DNA of 64,000 bases from Podarcis melisellensis (Eukaryota): NCBI GenBank assembly GCA_964234715.1, contig OZ174276.1; one strand, written 5' to 3'. Below, one piece after another: positions 13,560-26,396 of this stretch; the first letter of the stretch is position 1; every line of letters starts with the position of its first letter. The notes beneath the pieces were generated by a model that was given only the letters and a program-made list of their open reading frames with translations, had not been told where the DNA came from and made no database searches. The position numbers and the translations under genes were made by a program.

Positions 13560-14170
13560 TTGGGGATTAAGCACACGCCACTGGCTGCAAAACCTCCTCC
13601 ACAAACCCTGCGTGAACAGGATGCTGGTGCCAAGCACCTTGGGGCAAAGCCAGATCAACACCTGCAGCTGCAGCAAATCCCATACTAGCATGCCAAGTAG
13701 GTCTCCTCATCTCAGGGGCATCGCAAGCCTGTGTAAATGAGTATATATATTTTCTTTTCCAGGGCAAGGTGTCAACTCTCAGAGGCTGAAGGTGTGACCA
13801 AGGCTTAATCCAGAAGACAGGGAGCAGGTTGTACACCAGTGGACTATTCAAAAGGTGAGGCAAGGCTTGTCCTTGGAATGAAGGTGGAATTAGAATCACA
13901 ACTTCATTGTATTGCTTGTCTGATTTGCAGCTTAACTACAAGATAAAGCAAACAACTTATCACGAAGGTGAGAGCTAGGCCATCCACCCTGGCTTCAAGC
14001 ACTAGATCACAGCACCTAAAGGTGTGGGCGGATGTCCCACCAGCATCAACAGCAGATGCAGATTTAGGGGAGCATGACAGGTTCACCTGCACTGGGCACC
14101 AAGCCAAGAGGATATTACAGGGGATGCCACAAAAATGATGAACAACAGAAGTTGAGTGACAGAATTTTGG
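13560..14170 (-). mobile_element. Possible highly decayed DIRS-like retroelement fragment
   Basis: Minus-strand peptides ..DGLALT..LLY.. and ILIPPSFQGQALPHLL loosely resemble the DIRS LLYAFPP/VILIAPxWPRQ region; weak. Confidence 0.25.
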
Positions 14171-14278
14171 TGTTGCACAGGGCACTGCTGAAGCCTGAAG
14201 TCCACCACTGTCATCAGTCCCATGCCAATAAGCTTTGAGGACCAGCTCCCTGCCCCCAAATCCCCCCAAGCCAGTAAA

Positions 14279-14627
14279 GGTAAAGGGACCCCTGACCATT
14301 AGGTCCAGTCGTGGACAACTCTGGGGTTGTGACGCTCATCTCGCTTTACTGTCCAAGGGAGCTGGTGTACAGCTTCCGGGTCATGTGGCCAGCATGACTA
14401 AGCCGCTTCTGGTGAACCAGAGCAGCGCACGGAAACATAGATTACCTTCCCACCCGGGTGGTACCTATTTATCTATGTGCACTTTGACATGCTTTCGAAC
14501 TGCTAGGTTGGCAGGAGCAGGGACCGAGCAATGGGAGCTCACCCCGTCTCAGGGATTTGAACCACCAACCTTCTGATCAGCAAGCCCTAGGCTCTGTGGT
14601 TTAGACCACAGCGCCACCTGCATCGCA
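14279..14627 (-). mobile_element. Sauria SINE flanked by a 69-bp target duplication
   Basis: (ACCTTT)n tail read on +, typical Sauria SINE body; flanks 14210-14278 and 14628-14696 are 67/69 identical. Confidence 0.9.
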
Positions 14628-14876
14628 GTCATCAGTCCCATGCCAATAAGCTTTGAGGACTAGCTCCCTGCCCCCAAATGCCCCCAAGCCAGTAAACAGT
14701 GTGTAAATATCCTTCCACCATTCTGATGCTTCTGTATTTTCTCCCTACCTGCACTGAACCTGCCACTTGTAATTTATTTAATGGCCAAATAGAACCCATT
14801 AGCGAACTCATGCTACGTGACAGAACAGAGGACATGAAAGAGGTCAGGTGAGCAGGTGGGCTGTCACTGCACTAAC

Positions 14877-15142
14877 CCCCCCCCCAAAATATACTTTTTC
14901 TTAATTGTATTTCACAATTAATATACTTCTTCTTAATTGTATTTCAGTTCAACAATTACTTTGATAAAATACATATTTTGTTATGTGCAAATGGCTTTGG
15001 ATTAGGTCCATAAACTACCATATAGCATATATTCAACACAAAAAACAGCCACAAATTGTTGTTGACAAAGGATAGCTGGACGTAGAAAGGGCCCCATTAC
15101 CTTCAGTAGCTTAGGGCCTCATCAAACCTAAATCCGGCCCTG
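14877..15142. mobile_element. hAT MITE fragment (same family as 26082-26396)
   Basis: Ends ..TAAATCCGGCCCTG, the reverse complement of the start of the 26082 copy. Confidence 0.6.
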
Positions 15143-16881
15143 TAGCTGAGTCTTAGGAGAGGGATTATCTACCTTCAATAAGCACTGCTGTCCCTGATTG
15201 GACGGTATGCACAAACGTCTCCTCCTATCTCATCCCTCAAATGGGTGCATGTGAAATTGGCCCACACATGGCCGTCAAGGTAGTACTGGGGTGTAGACCA
15301 ACAGGGAAAGTGGGGTCAGACTGCGTCATTAGGCCAAAGCTTTACAGTGTAAACAATTTGCCCAGGAGGATGAAGAGCCAGGGAAGATGCTGGAAATGAA
15401 ATCCCCATGGCTATTGGTATCAAAAGGCTGAGGAACATGCTGCATGTGCCAGGGAGCATGCAGCCATGCTTCCTTCTAACCATTGGCAGTGCCCAAGCAC
15501 GATGGGTAACAGTCTGAAGGTACTGAGTATTTGGACAGTTTCTGAAGGCTAGGGATTAGATCTGACAGTAATCATATGAGTTACCATAGGAGGTGTTTGG
15601 CTCTGCATCATACATTGCATTCCCTTACAAAAAGGCATGTACCCTTCCTTTGAATTGCAGTGTGATTCCGCACTGCTGCCCCTGCACTTCAGACACAATC
15701 AGGTGAACACAGGTGTGGGAGCGGTTTTGTGAATCAACTTTCCTCTGCTCCTGCTGCCTTCCCCCCTCCTGGGATAGGGGGAACATTCAGGATGCACGTC
15801 CAATATTATAAAGAGCACATGTTCCATGTATCTTGTCAATGGATGCTGTGGTCAAGATATGAGAAATACCTGTGAATACTAACCATCCCCCAGCAGCCCA
15901 GTTATCTGTGCTCAGGATATTCTGTGAATATTTCAGCAAGGGTCATCATAGAAAAAAGAAGGCTATTACCCATTTGTATGTGCTCGTTCACTAAATATAT
16001 ACCAAATCTCCACCATCACCCAGATGTGGATCGTACATAATTAAAATAATAATAAAAGCTATGCCATTTTAAAACTCAACCAGACAGGAACCCTAGGAAT
16101 AAATTAACCCCATTGCAAAATGCAGCCGCTTTCACCAGGGGAATGTAAAGATGACGTGGTTGTGTTTATATTTGTCACTATTGAGTGGAAAGTGCAGAGA
16201 CAGAAAACCCCTCTAATATATGTGATGGAAGGGCACCACCCCATGGACAATTGGAGTATTTCATTCACTGCTATAATGTTTGTTGGCTATTCCATCCACC
16301 CCCTCATCCCGAATTTAAAAAAAATCAGAAATCAGTATTTTGTTTGCCTTTTACTTTTGTTTTCTTCTTCCATGAGTCACTCTTGCATTTAAGATTTTTG
16401 TAAGTCAATTTTACACTACGTTTCATGATAAAAGTCTACCAGGCTTGTGTGTTGAGCACACTGCTTTGTGGAAGTGAGTTGTGGGCAACTTAACAACCAT
16501 CAGGAGTGACGCCTCAATGTGCTGCATGGGGAAGAATTTGGGTATTAAACAGCAGGATAGAGTCTCACACGCACACCATTTGAACGGCAATGCCCTTTCA
16601 AAATATTTTATTACGAGGGCCGAAGGGGCCTTGGACCCTAGGAGTTGGCTTCTATTTGTGTCAGCAACACCTGTGCTGACTTAGTCATGTCCACAGAATC
16701 CAGCATCATGTTATTTTAGTTCCTTGGAATTTCATTATTTATTCTAATTTGGTGGATTTCATCTGTAAAGTTGGTTGACTGAAAAAGAGGGTTGAAAAAT
16801 GCTTAAAATAAACAACAATACCCCAATTTTCCCTTTCCTCATACCTCAACAGAACAAATTCCCATTTGAAAATCACATCAT

Positions 16882-18842
16882 GTTATTTATAACAGTCCTG
16901 GAAGTCCTTTTGTGCTCAATAAGGAATAATGAAATAATAAAAGGAGTAAGAGTCGGTCAAAATGAATATAAAGTTAAAGCCTTTGCCGACGACCTAGTAA
17001 TAACGATTGAAGACCCCCAAAATAGCTTAAATGAGGTGTTAAATGAAATTGACCAATTTGGTAGAGTGGCTGGATTTACGCTAAACAAGAGGAAAACCAA
17101 AATAATGGTTAAGAACATAGATCAAAGTCTGGTAGAAGAAATGCAAAGAGAATCAGGGATTGAAGTGGCTAAAAAGATAAAATATATAGGAATTTGGCTG
17201 ACCCCCAAAAATATCGACGTCTGATATATATACTTCAACTATATACCGGTGTGGAACGGCATCAAGAAAGACTTAGAAACTTGGAGTAGAATGAAACTGT
17301 CTTTTGGGGGCAGAATATCAACGATTAAAATGTGTGTGCTTCCAAAGACGCTATTTCTGTTTCAAACGATCCCTATAATCAGGGGAACAAGCGTGTTCAA
17401 AGAGTGGCAAAGAATGATTTCAAGATATATTTGGCAAGGCAAGAAGCCTAGAATACAATTTAAGTTACTAACAGATGCCAAAGAAAGAGGCGGTTTTGCC
17501 CTGCCGGACTTGAAACTATACTATGAAGCTTCTTGTCTCTGTTGGTTAAGGGACTGGATAAAACTAAAAAACAACAAACTATTGGACCTAGAGGGTTTCG
17601 ATAATAGATTTGGTTGGCACGCCTACTTATGGTTGGAGAAGAAGAAAACTCATAAGGGTTTTGATAATCATATTTTCAGGAGCTCCATATTAGAAATATG
17701 GGAGAGGTACAAAAATATACTGGAACCTAAAGTTCCGCACTGGTTGTCACCATTAGAGATATTGAGTGTAAAGAAAATTAATATGAGAGGAAATTGGATA
17801 ACTTATGGTGAGTTAGTAATGAAGCCATATGAACAAGTTAAAGAGTATGTGTATGATTGGTTGCATTATCTTCAGGTAAATGAAAAGTTCAAAATGGACC
17901 TCAAAGAGAGGGGATTTACAGAGAAAGAATCAAAATTTCAAATGGAGATAATTGATAATGATGTTAAGATATTGTCAAAAATGTACAAAATACTTTTGGA
18001 ATGGCAAACAAAAGATGAGGAGATAAAGTCGGTCATGATTCAATGGGCCAGAGATTTTGGTTATAATATACAATTGGATGATTGGGAAAAGGTATGGAAT
18101 GATAATATGAAATTCACTGCATGTACGGCGTTAAAGGAAAATATTATGAAAATGGTTTACAGATGGTATATTACACCCGTAAAGTTAGCAAAAATGTATA
18201 AAACATGTAATAAGTGTTGGAAATGTAAAGAAAAAGAAGGTTCATTTTTTCATATGTGGTGGGAATGTAAGAAGGTAAAGGGTTTCTGGGAAATGATATA
18301 CAATGAATTGAAAAAGATGTTTAAATATACGTTTGTTAAAAAAACCAGAAGCCTTTTTGTTAGGAATAACAGGAAGAGAGATAAAAAGATGTGATTATAA
18401 ACTGTTTCAATATGCAGTTACAGCGGCAAAAATACTAATGGCCCAAAAATGGAAACAAGAGGAACTACCGACCTTTACTGAGTGGAGAATGAAACTTATG
18501 GATTATGCAGAATTGGATAAAATGACTGGAAAAATTAGATATCAGAAAGATCACAAATTCATTGAGGACTGGGGAAAGTTTACGGAATATCTGAAAACTG
18601 TATGTGATGAACAGACAACGCTAGTGGGTTTTAAAGAGGCTTTGTGATAAACCAAGGTATATTGTAAGAAAGAAACTGAGATGGAAGGTTATTATCAAAT
18701 CAGCAATACTACATAGAAAATGTGTAAAGATATGAAAAATGGATGATTGAAGGAGGTACTGGTGGAAGTTCAAAAACTGTAAATTGGTAAACATGGTTGT
18801 CAAAATTATTTGTTAAAGAAAAACTTAATAAAAATTTATATA
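16882..18842 (+). mobile_element. 5'-truncated L1 LINE (ORF2 RT C-terminal half and Cys-rich domain), disrupted
   Basis: ORFs 16799-17224 (FADD RT motif), 17249-18394 (GGFALPDLKLYY; CWKC..HMWWEC) and 18333-18647; A-rich tail; 15-bp TSD TGAAAATCACATCAT at 16867-16881 and 18843-18857; one stop/frameshift near 17222 and one frameshift near 18340. Confidence 0.93.
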
Positions 18843-20004
18843 TGAAAATCACATCATCTGGAGATGAACTATTCCATCTAACCCTAAAGATAGGGATCAG
18901 ATCTTCCATCCCCAAACCTTCATTTTTCTTTAATAAATGTACTGGGGAAAATGGCATATTGCATGCAAAATAATGAATATACAGTGTCAGTAATAAATAT
19001 ATCAGTTTGGCAAATATTCAACTCTTATTTCCTCAATATAATTCAATTCAGTACATTTAGTTCATCTTCATTATCCACATTACCACTATTTTTACTCCAA
19101 TACGGAAAAAACTTGTTAAGCAAATGCCAATTTCTAATCTTCTTTATTTTTCTCTATACCAAACATAATGAGTTAACTTGAAACAACTAATCATGCGCCA
19201 CCACTTATTTCCACACACATGAATAGATGGCACCTCTTTCTTCCCCAGTAATGAGCAATTAAACATATTGCTGCTGTTACTAAGTGAAACTGTTTCCTGT
19301 TTCATACCTAACTCATTAAAACATCCAAAAATTATATTTTGAGGGTGTAATGGAGCAAAGATCCTTGCTGTCTTGGAATGTTTTGCAATAATTCTCATCC
19401 AGAAAACCTGATTCCCACTTTCTTGATTATGTCACCCACAAGAAGAGCCAGCACCAAGACAGCTCTACTTTCATCTCCTTCGTCTTACAAACCAGCGTGT
19501 TAACAATGTATAGTAATTCCCCAACAAATTGATACACAAGGATGATTTCATATATGCCTACCATAATTGCTGCCACAAGCTATCTGGAATCTCTTCAGCT
19601 ATCAGGAATTTATTCCTTATTTCCATTGTCTACAATAGAATTAACTTTTCCTGCAAACCTCATTCAATACTTAATTGGAAAATTCAACTTCATCTGGGCT
19701 CTCAGTCAGATGCCACAAAACAGTTTAAACCAACAGAGGAAGGATGGGAGACCTTTAACCCTCCATCTGTTGCTGGACTCTGGCCCCCATCATACATGAT
19801 CATTGGCAGTGGTGGCTAGGGCTGATGGGAACTGGAGTCCCAACACCAGAGTTTCCCCAGTCCTGCACCTTAGAATGTAACCATTTAATTTTTGATGTGC
19901 CCATTCTCATAGTTGCAAATGCAGATAGTAAAGAAATATCTTGTCAACTTTTTGCTCTGATCAGTTTGTCCCAAAACATTCTGAACAGATAAGCAAAAAC
20001 ATTA

Positions 20005-20229
20005 CAGTGGTACCTCGGGTTACATACGCTTCAGGTTACATACGCTTCAGGTTACAGACTCCGCTAACCCAGAAATAGTACCTCAGGTTAAGAACTTTGC
20101 TTCAGGATGAGAACAGAAATCATGCTCCGGTGGCACGGCAGCAGCAGGAGGCCCCATTAGCTAAAGTGGTGCTTCAGGTTAAGAACGAACCTCCAGAACG
20201 AATTAAGTACTTAACCTAAGGTATCCCTG
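20005..20229. mobile_element. Tc1/mariner (Tigger-like) MITE
   Basis: TA|CAGTGGTACCTCGGGTTA ... TTAACCTAAGGTATCCCTG termini; internal TTCAGGTTACATACGC repeats. Confidence 0.75.
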
Positions 20230-22002
20230 TTTGGCATATGAAGCAGGGATTTGGGGGGACATAAAGGGCAGCATGCCCGACCAGGTGCTTCCCAAGAGGG
20301 AAATGGTGCCTTTGCCAGCTCATTTAAGGCAAGGGGGTTGTAGGGTATGTCCCATCACATCCCAGAAGAAGAAAGAATAGGATGCAAAGGAGGTCAGGAT
20401 TGCTGCCCCTTTAAAAGTTATGTAGAAAGGGGAAATTCAGCACTCATGACATATCTAACCTTCTTCTATCTACACAGCTGTCAACAGAGACAGGAACCCT
20501 ATCCTGTATTATAGCTATTCAGCTATTTGGGAACAGCCCGATGGAACAATCTCCCTTCTCCTCTCCTTGCATACTGCTCTGGGGATTCTCCTGACCCCCT
20601 GAGCCAGTTGGCGAGGGAGCAATTAGGGAAGAGGGGCAGACTCCCCATTGTGCCAGTTGGCTTCCACCAGCAGGACCGGTTAGTTGAATCTGGCAAACGT
20701 GCAATCTAGAAAATGTCTAAAGCTCAAAAGAAATCTGTGTTCCATGAAACAGAGCAGTTGCAAGTCGTAATCAGTCCCCCAAAACTGTCTGCAGAAAGTG
20801 ATTCAAATGATTTCTTCTAATTTAGATTTCTTACTTGGTTTGTTAATGTTGAGGGAGAGGGTGTTTAATTTGGTCATGTGGATGTAACAGAAGGTCTATT
20901 TAATAAAGAAGGGGGCTCCCACACCCTTAGAGCCCCTCAATGATACATTCTTTGCAAAGAGTTTTGTGAGCTTTGCCGTGGGACCTCAGCAAGGCAAGGA
21001 TTCATATTATAGTGTGTGTATTCCCTGTTCTTGATCTGGGATCTCCCAGAATAATCTTAGTGTATTTTGAAAAGATGTTTGTGATATGGTGAGTGCTGAT
21101 ACAGGGATTCTGATTCACATCACAAGATTAATTTCATTTGAGTGACCAAATAAGTCTCGATATGAGTGGAGAGAGAGAGAGAGAGAATATTAACCCCATG
21201 AGAACCTGGGGTAACTGGGTACATGAGTAGCGCTGCCTCTGGCTCCATGTTCACCCTGTCTACCAGCATCTCCAGATACATATATTCATCTAGCCTAGCT
21301 AATCTAGCCTCTGCACCTGGCTTTCTGTGTTCTGGAGAGGTCCTCTTTGCATTCCTTATCTGCACAGGTTCAGAGAGTAATAACTTGAAAACATTCTCTT
21401 CTGCAAAATGTGGTGTGCAGCCATAAATCACTTGGTGTGAGTGAAATCAGGAAGCCGTCATTGTTTCCAGTACAGTCTGCAAAGACTGGAAATCCTACTA
21501 CCACAGGCCACAGGGTTGTTGGTTTTTGCTGAGGATGTGGAATGAAATAAAGACCACACTGAGTTTGGAAGGACCCATCTAAGTGTCTTAACTGTTGTAT
21601 TTCACAAAGATAGATGACTTCCCGCCTGTGTGACTTTGAGTGGCTTTCCCACCCTCCTCAGCTCCTGCTGGGTGAGACTATTTTTTCAACACTGTAGGTT
21701 TTTATATGCTGTTAACACTTAAACCAGACTCACTCCCCAGCTGTTGCCGAGAACCCCAGATCTATAAGGCAGATCTTTCTGCTTTGGGGTGAAGAATTCA
21801 TATGTTTCACACACATTTACTGACTCTTTCTTTTTGTCTGCATCTGGATCCAGCAGATCCTAAGCAGGGCATCTATTTCCTCTCTTAGGGGGATGCAAGT
21901 CTACTTACGGCCTCACTCTTTAACAGAGTAAAACATCATCAATAGACTTAGGGGTGAAATATTAGCAGTGATGTGTAGCTATTTGGTACATGCTGGGATA
22001 AC

Positions 22003-22417
22003 GTGGGTGGTGCTGTGGGTTAAACCACTGAGCCTTGGGCTTGCTGATCAGAAGGTCAGCAGTTCGAATCCCTGCAACAGGGTGAGCTCGCGTTGCTCGG
22101 CCCCTGCTCCTGCCAACCTAGCAGTTCGAAAGCACGTCAAAGAGCAAGTAGATAAATAGGTACCGCTCTGGAGGGAAGGTAAACGGCATTTCCATGCGCT
22201 GCTCTGGTTTGCCAGAAGTGGCTTAGTCATGCTGGTCACATGACCCGGAAGCTGTATGCCGGCTCCCTCGGCCAATAAAGCGAGATGAGCGCCGCAACCC
22301 CAGAGTCGGTCACAACTGGACCTAATGGTCAGGGATCCCTTTACAAGAAAGAGAGCACTCGCTTCTCCCCAAAGAGCATGTGAAGCTGTCTTATACTGAG
22401 TAAGACTACCTTTACCT
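22003..22417 (+). mobile_element. Sauria SINE with a 64-bp inverted local insert in its tail
   Basis: Homologous to the other Sauria SINEs here; tail CCCTTTAC..[insert 22344-22407]..ACCTTTACCT; probable TSD GGATAAC (21996-22002, 22419-22425). Confidence 0.88.
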
Positions 22418-22491
22418 AGGATAACAGATGTTGTCCTTGCACTTTGTAAGCAGGTCCATCCAAAAAACTAAAAGGCAGGACTTTTCTCTTA

Positions 22492-22680
22492 GGGAATGAC
22501 CTTTCATGGCTCAGTGGAAGACCACAAGCTTTGTATTAGAAGTTCCCCGGTTCAATTCCTGGCTTCTACAGTGGAAAGCCTCCTGTAGCAAATGACCTCT
22601 GATTGAGTCCCTGGAGAGATAGGAAAACAGGACTGCAGGTTTAACCAGTCTTACTCAGTATAAGACAGCTTCACATGCTC
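22492..22680 (+). mobile_element. Old tRNA-derived SINE; related copies at ~7700-7850(-), 29110-29530 and 42930-43090
   Basis: A-box-like TGGCTCAGTGG and B-box-like GGTTCAATTCC; shared 3' end ..ACTCAGTATAAGACAGCTTC. Confidence 0.6.
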
Positions 22681-23431
22681 TTTGGGGAGAAGCGAGTGCT
22701 CTCTTTCTTGCGCTTCTACTTGCTCACATCAGTGGCCGACTAGAAACTCAGGCATCTGTGTTGCAGGCCTGACCTTAGTTTAAATCCCTAGCTGTGCTTA
22801 CTTAATTCTAATCTGGGTAAGTTTCCAGTCCTGTGTGTCACTGTGAAGGCTGACGTATGACAAAAGCCCCAAAGAGTTTTGCATGCAGACCTAGAACCAC
22901 TCTGCCTCATCTCAAACCCAGTGTATGTTTCATTTCTTCATATGAGAAAGAAGTTTTAGAGAAACAAGGTCACGATGCTTGGAATCACCCTCTTCTCGCT
23001 GCTGCTGCTGCTGCTGCTGCATAAAAACGTTATGTCCTCTCTGTTCAGATCCCTCTTGCTCGCTCTTTAGGAAATTGGTTTTATTTGTAGTAAATGGGGA
23101 AGCTGAGAGAACCAGTGCTTTCTGGTTGGGTTGGTGGGGTTTCCCTCCCTGCCTGAGTCTAGCTGAGTTAAAAAGTGAACGTTTTCAAGTTTCACTTGCT
23201 GCCACAGCTCAAGACTGCCATCACTAGAACATAGGCAGCAGCACTCAACCTGCTTTCCGTATCACTAACCAGGAGTGAACTGCAGACAGGCATTGTGAAG
23301 AGTGAGGCTCCTGAAATGAACATACGTAGCTCTCAAAACTAGCGATCCACCTCCCCACCCCTCCCCACCCCGAGCAGGAAAAGGGTGACTCACTGAACCA
23401 CTCTTTTTCTACTCCCCGCTCCCTTCTTTAG

Positions 23432-23484
23432 GTGTCTGAGTGTACAGGGGCCAGAGCAAGTTGTGCTATCTAAGTTCTTGACAG
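23432..23484 (+). other. Candidate non-coding 5'UTR exon of the HMGA-like gene
   Basis: Polypyrimidine tract + TAG acceptor (cccttctttag) and CAG|GTAAGC donor; next acceptor ..ccttctgcag at 24075. Confidence 0.4.
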
Positions 23485-24192
23485 GTAAGCTTCCTCTTTC
23501 TTCACCACCTTTCTGGGTCTGTATCTAAAATGCACATGTGGATTGCCTGTTAAAAGAAACTGGGAAGTCACCTTTGCCCTGATGCTGATCAGATGATTCT
23601 CTTAATGAATCTTTGGTACAGAGGGAGGGACAAGAAATAGTGTTAAAATGCTGCCGGTGATCCTGCCTAGTATACCCTCCTCTTTCAGATGCTTTTCTCT
23701 ATCTTCCTTGGGGAGGAAGCTTATTTTTGTTGAATATTTGGCCACTAGCCTGAGTTGCACAGAGCTGAAAAGTTCTTCTGCATAAACCCCACTGAATTGG
23801 CTACCTCCAGTTGGTTCCTCCATCATTTATGGTAGGTTGCTGTGTGGAGCCTTCTGTGGGAGCCATGCAGGAGAACATCCCTGAGCCCTTTGGAGCTAAC
23901 ACAACCCACAGATAGGAGCTGTTGAGGGCCTCCATAAAGACTTTGGGACTCGCTGAGGATGGAAGGAAAAGGTGGGAGAACATGATGATACTTTGTCCTA
24001 AGATTCTTCCGGTGGGGTATTGAAAGCCTCGAGGGGAGTGCCCAGTCAGATGTGCCTGCATTCCTCCTTCTGCAGCGTACAGCTGAGAACAAGCAGGGTA
24101 GAAGTGGGATTGTTCACTCCTGTTCCTTTAAAAGGCTGCAGCGTGGGAAAAACTATTGGCTGATCATCTCCAGAGGCTGGTGAAGTGCCGCT

Positions 24193-24285
24193 ATGAGCAA
24201 CATTGGGAAGCAGGCGGGACCAGGGTCCACTGTTCTGACCGAGCTGCCCAAACGAAAGAGGGGACGGCCGAGGAAGCAGCCGCAG
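24193..24285 (+). CDS. HMGA2-like AT-hook protein, coding exon 1 (MSNIGKQAGPGSTVLTELPKRKRGRPRKQPQ; AT-hook 1)
   Basis: ATG, RGRPRK AT-hook, CAG|GTAAG phase-0 donor at the position equivalent to HMGA2 ..RGRGRPRKQQQ|. Confidence 0.88.
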
Positions 24286-25774
24286 GTAAGCGTTCAGCCT
24301 CGGCGCTTTGCCTTCTCACCATGTTAAGATTTATAAGAAGGAAGCTGATGACAGTTTTTTAGGCATAAAGAAAGTGGTATTATTAGAATGACTAAACTTA
24401 GGTGTGACCCTCAAAACAGTTCGGCATGTCCAGAAAGCTCTAATGTTTGGGTTCAAGGGCTCTTTTTTCTACTAGGCAATACATTCTACTAGGCAAGAAA
24501 TTAACCTGTCTACTGTTAAGTGAGTGATTGGTTGATTGTTCAACCTTCGCTAAACTGGGAAAGGCATATCTAGCAGCATATCTTACAGCTTCAAAGAGGA
24601 GCGTGATTCATTTCTTCAGTATCAGCTGCTAATACTGAGTATGGTTGAGACAGCTGGGGCCACTTTCACAGGCATGTGAAGGGGCACATCTTATGTAGCC
24701 AGGGAGGTCTCCTTACCTTGAGAGATTGGCTGAAGATTAGAAAGGGAAGTCCAAAAGGTCTGGAGATGTCTCCAACCCCCATTCCTTCTTGAAACCAGGA
24801 ATTGGACTTTGTGCTGACTGGGGTTGGTGCAAGTTGTAGTAGAAAGCATCTAGAGGCACCAGGTTGGGGAAGTCTGGATGGCATCTTAACCTGACTTGCA
24901 GTCAGATTGAAATGCACTTAAATGCATCTCAGTTGGCAGGGCAATTGCTTTGTGAGCAAACTTGTACAGTTTAACATATGGATGGCAGCTGTAGTGCCAC
25001 CAACTTTTGGTGCTGTTTGTCCCTGGCCTGAGCAGTCAGAGCAACTTCCAGTCAGGAATTCCAGGTCTGCAAGACCCTGCCAATGCCACCAGCAAGAGTG
25101 GGACTATATCCCAGCTCCCTGGTATCCCTGGGTTTCTTCAGGCTTGCCAATGCTGGTGCACTTTGAGGAGGGAGGAGACTGTGAGGGTTAACATTGTGAG
25201 ACAAAATTAGGGATTGACTTCTGAATAATACTGGACTGCCAAAATGACCCTAAACATTTTGATGTGCAACATCAATGACTCAATTCTAGGTGGAGGGTGA
25301 CATATGTTTGTTTATCTGCTGACCTGTATGCCCTGGGAAATTTCTTTTCTCACCATAAACCTGTTTTTAAAGGGAACTGAAATTTACCAGTGATGCTCAA
25401 CAACATTTGCACTGCTCTTGCCCCATCTTGGAATGAAAATGAAGTTGTTCTCACAACATTCTCCTCAGAATTCTCTTTTGCAAATATCCATGTCAAATAC
25501 TCTCTTGAAGTTTCCTAGTCACTCAAATGTTCTCTCGATATTTGTGAGTTGATACACTGAAGCATTTGGATAGTAGTCTTTAAATATCTGACAGCATTGC
25601 TACACTTAGTATATAGTAGGGGTTTTCATTTTTTTTCAGGGAACACTTTCTATACCTGCCAAGGAACTGCTCCATGTTGCAAAGGATTCTGGGGCATGCT
25701 CTAGAGTTCATACTCCAAATGGAGCACAATTCACCTAACTCTCATGCACTGTTAGAACATCCTAGAATATATAC

Positions 25775-26033
25775 CATGGGTCAGCAACCTAAGGCCCATG
25801 GGCCAGAAGAGGCCCGCAGAGGTCGTTTGACCAGCCCACAAGCCGCCCCCGAACCAAGCCGCCTGCTCATGCACTGCGCTAAGTTGCTGCAGCGTGGTGC
25901 AGGGACTTGCTTCCGGGGCGTCAAAAATCGCGTACGTAGATGCCAAAAATCGCAGTCGTGCGCATGATCCAGCCCATGGAGGGACCTCCGCAGGACCAAT
26001 CCGGCCCAGGCAAAATAAACCTTGCTGACCCCG
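25775..26033. mobile_element. hAT-type MITE
   Basis: TIR-like CATGGGTCAGCAA / TTGCTGACCCCG; CpG-rich interior. Confidence 0.55.
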
Positions 26034-26081
26034 ATATACATAGTGTCCCCCTATTGCTGTACAGCACAGTAGAATATCAAT

Positions 26082-26396
26082 ACAGGGCCGGATTTAGGGT
26101 TGATGAGGCCCTAAGCTACTGAAGGTAATGGGGCCGTTTATATGTCCAGCTGTCCTTTGTCAACAACAAATTGTCACTGTTTTTTGTGTTGAATGTATGC
26201 TATATGGCAATTTATGGACCTAATAGGTATCTAAAGCCATTTTCTGTATGTAGATTTTATTTTATTTGTTTTTTATCTTATATTTTGGAAATGTACATCC
26301 AGGTGTTGTTGTTTTTACTTTAATTATTTTTTGGGGGGCCAAGATAGTGTGGCCCTAAGCTATAGCTTGTTTAGCTTATATGTAAATCCAACACTG
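26082..26396. mobile_element. hAT-type MITE
   Basis: TIRs CAGGGCCGGATTTA / TAAATCCAACACTG. Confidence 0.65.
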
